A stretch of DNA of 64,000 bases from Macrostomum hystrix (Eukaryota > Animalia > Platyhelminthes). The stretch spans positions 4,898,001-4,962,000 of the forward strand of contig CATNEN010000034.1 in assembly GCA_950097015.1 (NCBI GenBank). Direction: 5' to 3'. Below are positions 59,260 through 64,000 of the stretch, piece by piece. The number at the start of each line of letters is the position of its first letter. Within the stretch, counting starts at the first letter, position 1. The notes beneath the pieces are model-generated. The model was not told the origin of the DNA. It made no database searches and saw only the letters and a program-made list of their open reading frames with translations. Made by a program: the position numbers and the translations under genes.

Positions 59260-60095
59260 AACGCCATCAACCCAACACACGAGAACATAAAGTTGACTGT
59301 GGAAGGCGGTGGCAGACGCCTCCCTTCACTTGACACTGACGTTGTTGCTGGGAAGGGCGTTTTCTCCACGGGTGTGTTCCGGAAGTCTACGTTCACTGGG
59401 CTCACGTTCGACGCTCTGTGCCCTTGCATGCTTCAGAGAGCCTTTACGATTTGTAGCTCCTGGGAAATGTTCCATCTTGAAACCCTTGAATTGCTTAGGA
59501 TCTTTGGTGCCAATGGCTATCCCAAAAACTACATTTATGACCATATGAACAAGTTTATGAACAACAAATTCACTAATGGTCGCTTGCAGAGGGAAAGGGA
59601 TAGAGATAAGTACCTGAACACTGCCATTATTATCCTGCCATTTATTGGAACCCCTTCGATGATGTTCAAGAAACAACTTGAAAAGATTTTCCGTAAATGG
59701 TTTGACTCTGATATCAAGGTCATCTTTCGCACCGACAAGATTTCCTGTTTTGTTAGCAGATTGAAATCCCGTGTTCCAAGGCCACTTGTTGCAGGTGTCG
59801 TGTACCAATTCAATTGTTCTGTGGATCAGAGCACCACGTACGTGGGAAAGACTAAAGGACATTTATACTCGAGGGCTAAGGAGCATTGGCTAAAAAACTC
59901 TGCTATCCGGGACCACTTGCTAGGTTGCGATAGTTGTTGTAATAAGGAGCCACTTGAACTGTTCAAAGTTGTTGACACGTGTAGGTAAGATTACAAACTG
60001 ACCATTCTTGAAGCCATCTACATCAAGGCCTCAAGCCAAACCCTAATGTCCAATTAGCGGGGAACGGTGCAAGCCAACAGCTCCAAGTGTTCTGA
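59260..60095 (+). mobile_element. Penelope-like retroelement remnant: RT C-terminus/thumb plus GIY-YIG endonuclease, 5'-truncated and decayed
   Basis: HENIKLTVE...LPSLD...GVFRKSTFTG, RAFTICSSW, NGYP, LPFIG, GVVYQFNC..YVGKT..L..RAKEH, then an in-frame TAA at 59986 followed by LTILEAIYIK and a frameshifted KPNPN..LQVF* end. Confidence 0.9.
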
Positions 60096-60341
60096 CGTAT
60101 GAGGCACACTCTCTCTCTGCGTTGTGTGTGCGCTCCTCTCCAACCTCTTGATCATGGTTCGCCTTTTGACCTGTCCATCGGACTTTAACTCACAATGTAC
60201 AATAACCTACTTTTAAACACCTGCTTCGGCATTTTAAGCATATGTTGGCAATTTTATTTCTGACTATGATGACTGTTCTTCGAAGACAAAGTAAGTTAGA
60301 AGGAAGGTTGCCAAGTCAGAAGGAAGGATTCCAAGTCAGAA

Positions 60342-60646
60342 TAATTAATAATTAATAATTGACTACATCTGCCCTAATTGGGTCAGATGTGCAGTCGACA
60401 GCACAGCCGCAGCTATTGCGCGGCGCATCTGAAGGCTGCGTACAGCTGTTCAGTCCATGGACTGGGATACGCCACACCCACCTTCAATTATCCCAGCTGA
60501 TGCTGGTACCTATTTAACAGCTGGGTGAACTGAAGCAATGCAGAGTTAAGTGTCTTGCTAAAGGACACAAATTGTTCCAGTGGAGTCGGGAATCGAACCC
60601 CCGACCTTCAAGTCGTGAGTCCGACGCTCTACCCACTAGGCTACAA
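60342..60646 (-). mobile_element. tRNA-derived SINE family B, full-length copy
   Basis: Head GTAGCCTAGTGGGTAGAGCGTCGGACTCACGACTTGAAGGTCGGGGGTTCGATTCCC, (TTATTA)n-type tail, and candidate TSD AAGTCAGAA at 60333-60341 and 60658-60666. Confidence 0.9.
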
Positions 60647-60651
60647 CCTCT

Positions 60652-61688
60652 TGTCAGAAGTCAGAAGGAAGGATTCCAAGTCAGACGGAAGGATTCCAAG
60701 TCAGAAGGAAGGATTTCAAGTCAGACGGAAGGATTCCAAGTCAGACGGAAGGATTCCAAGTCAGAAGGAAGGATTCCAAGTCAGACGGAAGGATTCCAAG
60801 TCAGAAGGAAGGATTTCAAGTCAGACGGAAGGATTCAAAGTCAGACGGAAGGATTCCAAGTCAGAAGGAAGGATTCCAAGTCAGACGGAAGGATTCCAAG
60901 TCAGAAGGAAGGATTTCAAGTCAGACGGAAGGATTCCAAGTCAGAAGGAAGGATTTCAAGTCAGACGGAAGGATTCCAAGTCAGAAGGAAGGATTCCAAG
61001 TCAGACGGAAGGATTCCAAGTCAGACGGAAGGATTCCCAAGTCAGACAGAAGGATTCCAAGTCAGACGGAAGGATTCCAAGTCAGACAGAAGGATTCCAA
61101 GTCAGACGGAAGGATTCCAAGTCAGAAGGAAGGATTTCAAGTCAGACGGAAGGATTCCAAGTCAGACGGAAGGATTTCAAGTCAGACGGAAGGATTCCAA
61201 GTCAGAAGGAAGGATTTCAAGTCAGACGGAAGGATTCCAAGTCAGAAGGAAGGATTCCGAGTCAGACGGAAGGATTCCAAGTCAGAAGGAAGGATTTCAA
61301 GTCAGACGGAAGGATTCCAAGTCAGAAGGAAGGATTTCAAGTCAGACGGAAGGATTCCAAGTCAGAAGGAAGGATTCCAAGTCAGAAGGAAGGATTCCAA
61401 GTCAGACAGAAGGATTCCAAGTCAGACGGAAGGATTCCAAGTCAGACGGAAGGATTCCAAGTCAGACAGAAGGATTCCAAGTCAGACGAAAGGATTCCAA
61501 GTCAGACAGAAGGATTCCAAGTCAGAAGGAAGGATTCCGAGTCAGACGGAAGGATTCCAAGTCAGAAGGAAGGATTTCAAGTCAGACGGAAGGATTCCCA
61601 AGTCAGAAGGAAGGATTTCAAGTGAGACGGAAGGATTCCAAGTCAGAAGGAAGGATTTCAAGTCAGACGGAAAGATTCCAAGTCAGAA
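60652..61688. repeat. 20-bp minisatellite (GTCAGA(A/C)GGAAGGATTCCAA)n; extra units at 60295-60341
   Basis: Tandem periodicity. Explains the 356- and 379-aa ORFs. Confidence 0.98.
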
Positions 61689-62126
61689 TGTTTGGATGTT
61701 TGGACAAATAAAGCTTGACAGAAATCGATGAAGCTATAAATAAGAAAAAATTATCGAAAGGTGAGCCTTTGACCCTCCTCAAATCAAACACAGTCAATAA
61801 ACATGCGCATAAAAAGTAAAACTATAAAGTAAACTTAAAGTAAACTATAAACTATAAAAATATCCTATCTCGATCAGCAGTGTATTTTTGAAACCTGCCT
61901 CCTGCTATATTTTTTCTAAGAAACATAGCTTCTCCGATACTCCTATAGTGATCCTTGTCTTTTATTGTATAGTCAACCCAATCTGGAATCCTATATGACA
62001 ATGTAGTTACAGGAATATATAGTCCTGCAGCTGCATAAACGCGTAATGTCCTTTTTTAAAAAATCAAGTTTGTCTATTCTCTACGTCGTACTCGTACATT
62101 TGTAAAGGTCGTTCATAAGTCTAGAT

Positions 62127-62561
62127 CAGGGGTCGGCAAACTCCGGCCCGCGGGCCAGATGCGGCCCTCGAAGCTCCCAAATGCGGCCCGTTGCCCCTTC
62201 TGACATCTACAGCGTCCTGTTTCATCTCTCTCGTGTCTAATCTCCCCCGTGTCTCATCTCTCCCGTGTCTCATCTCTCCCGTGTCTAATCTCTCCCGTGT
62301 CTAATCTCTCCCGTGTCTTATCTCTCCTGTGTCTCATCTCTCCCGTGTCTCATCTCTCCCGTGTCTAATCTCTCCCGTGTCTAATCTCTCCCGTGTCTCA
62401 TCTCTCCCGTGTCTAATCTCTCCCGTGTCTCATCTCTCCTGTGTCTCATCTCTCCCGTGTCTCATCTCTCCCCTATCTCATATTTATACAGTCAATGCGG
62501 CCCGCTGTCGTCTGTTAGGTTCTCTCTTTGGCCCGCCAGCAAATAAGTTTGCCTACCCCTA
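62127..62561. mobile_element. Non-autonomous hAT (Buster/Charlie-type) MITE
   Basis: TIRs CAGGGGTCGGCAAACT and AGTTTGCCTACCCCTA, with a perfect 8-bp TSD GTCTAGAT at 62119-62126 and 62562-62569 (NTCTAGAN target). Internal 16-bp minisatellite at about 62220-62475. Confidence 0.92.
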
Positions 62562-64000
62562 GTCTAGATAATACTCCTGTATGCATATAGTAGCGCATAT
62601 GATTAGTTTTAGTGCATCCAAAGCATGCATAAAAAACGGAAGCATAGAATTGTTATTGGCAGAGTATTTAAAGGCAGACAGGAAGCACAGGAGCTGTCTT
62701 ATCAGGGCGACAATATGCAGTGTGAATATTACTGCATCGGAAATGCAACATTCAATCCGTCATTGTGTAATCATAGCTTCTTTTTGGAAGTTCCCTAATT
62801 ACAGTTTCGTTTCCTGAATGCAGCTTTGCTAGACGGGATGAGAGAGGTAAATTCGTAGTATGAAATATTAGTACTCGTTTTGTTTGCTAAACGGATAATT
62901 TAAAAGAAATGCAGGCCAGGAAAGAGAAGACTCACGTCCATTAAACTTTAGGGCTGAAGTTTGCAAAGTCCTGGGGCTAAGATCAATATTATCTTATGAA
63001 AGCTTTTATATTATGGTCCATATCAGTACGCGCTTTTTAATCCAACTTCAAAAACGGAAGAACTACTTGTGCAGTGTAGCGCGTTCTGAATTTCGCGTAT
63101 ATTAAACAAACCTTCAGTAGTACGCAATAGAACATGCAGGCATTTGCACAAATATAAGAGGATTTAAAACTTGACATCAAAATTAAAAAATCAAACCAGG
63201 TAAGCCCTTCATTGAAGTTTCGGTCAGCGGCTAGCGCCCGCTACTCTTTTTGGTCAAATACAAAGTATGCAAATGCAACAGCGAAGCACAAAAAGTTATT
63301 AAATACGGTATACGTGTAGACAATTTTTAACAACTATGGATGAATATGGATAGATCAACGCTTTAGTGCAGATGTAGCTGCGAATATTTTTTATGTAAAA
63401 ATTTTTATATAGTTTAAAGCTTTATCAAGTTTCAGGTCGTTTTCGTTTATTTTTTTGTTCATAGAAAAGCATTGTTTCCAAGTTTCAAATGCAGCTGAGT
63501 TCAAATAATTTTTTTTGTTTAAGGAACAATATTACAATTTTGTTTTGACAATGCTTAGGATTACACTATCATTATGATTTCAATTCATTATAGTCTCATT
63601 ATGGTTTCGTACCCTTCACTGGTGTTAGAATTAAACTTGCCTTTAAAGGTTATTAACAATGTGTTTCAGATCCAGCCTTTAAATTATACTGTTCAATAGG
63701 GGTTTTCTCCTTTTTAACTTTGTGATCTCCAACTTGTAGCTTGTAGCTAAAGTTTAAAAGGCTGTTCCACAATGTTTTTTGCTTTAAAATTTGTATTTTT
63801 TCAGTGGCAAAAGTTGATCATTTTATTACATGAAGCACATATTTGTGCTAGGCCCTACAAATATAATGTGCTATAAAACCCTTTAGGTATAAAATCTATG
63901 GATCCTAGGCATATCGTCATCTTACAACTTTGTCATCTTACAACTTCGTCATCCACTTGGAAGGTAGGACACTTCGTCATCCAGCCAATTGGCATGCTTT

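Noticed and set aside
60555-61711. 356-aa and 379-aa ORFs
   Set aside because: Translations of the SINE head plus the 20-bp minisatellite.
63905-64000. Short CGTCATC repeats suggesting a DNA-transposon terminus
   Set aside because: Cut by the window end; no partner TIR or TSD visible.

Overview
Eukaryotic (animal) genomic DNA with GC-rich exons, GT-AG introns and about one third of the window (my tally) in tandem repeats. This composition suggests a free-living flatworm such as Macrostomum, which is inference only. I reconstructed seven protein-coding genes by hand with consistent splice phases: a partial Cys-rich/EGF gene (-), an ELK/TCF-type ETS factor (-), a CAP/SCP protein (-), an intronless WDR17 (+), DZANK1 (-, 9 exons), EFCAB5 (+, 11 exons, one 1-nt frameshift) and a SUEL-type lectin (-). 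Mobile DNA includes two back-to-back Crypton tyrosine-recombinase remnants, a candidate Helitron carrying a 2.3 kb satellite, a Penelope-like RT/GIY-YIG remnant, a hAT MITE with a perfect 8-bp TSD, and two tRNA-headed SINE families, some copies with TSDs. There are no CRISPR arrays, rRNA or true tRNA genes. Most long ORFs in the supplied track are repeat or antisense artefacts. No alignments or database searches were run; family assignments come from recalled motifs.
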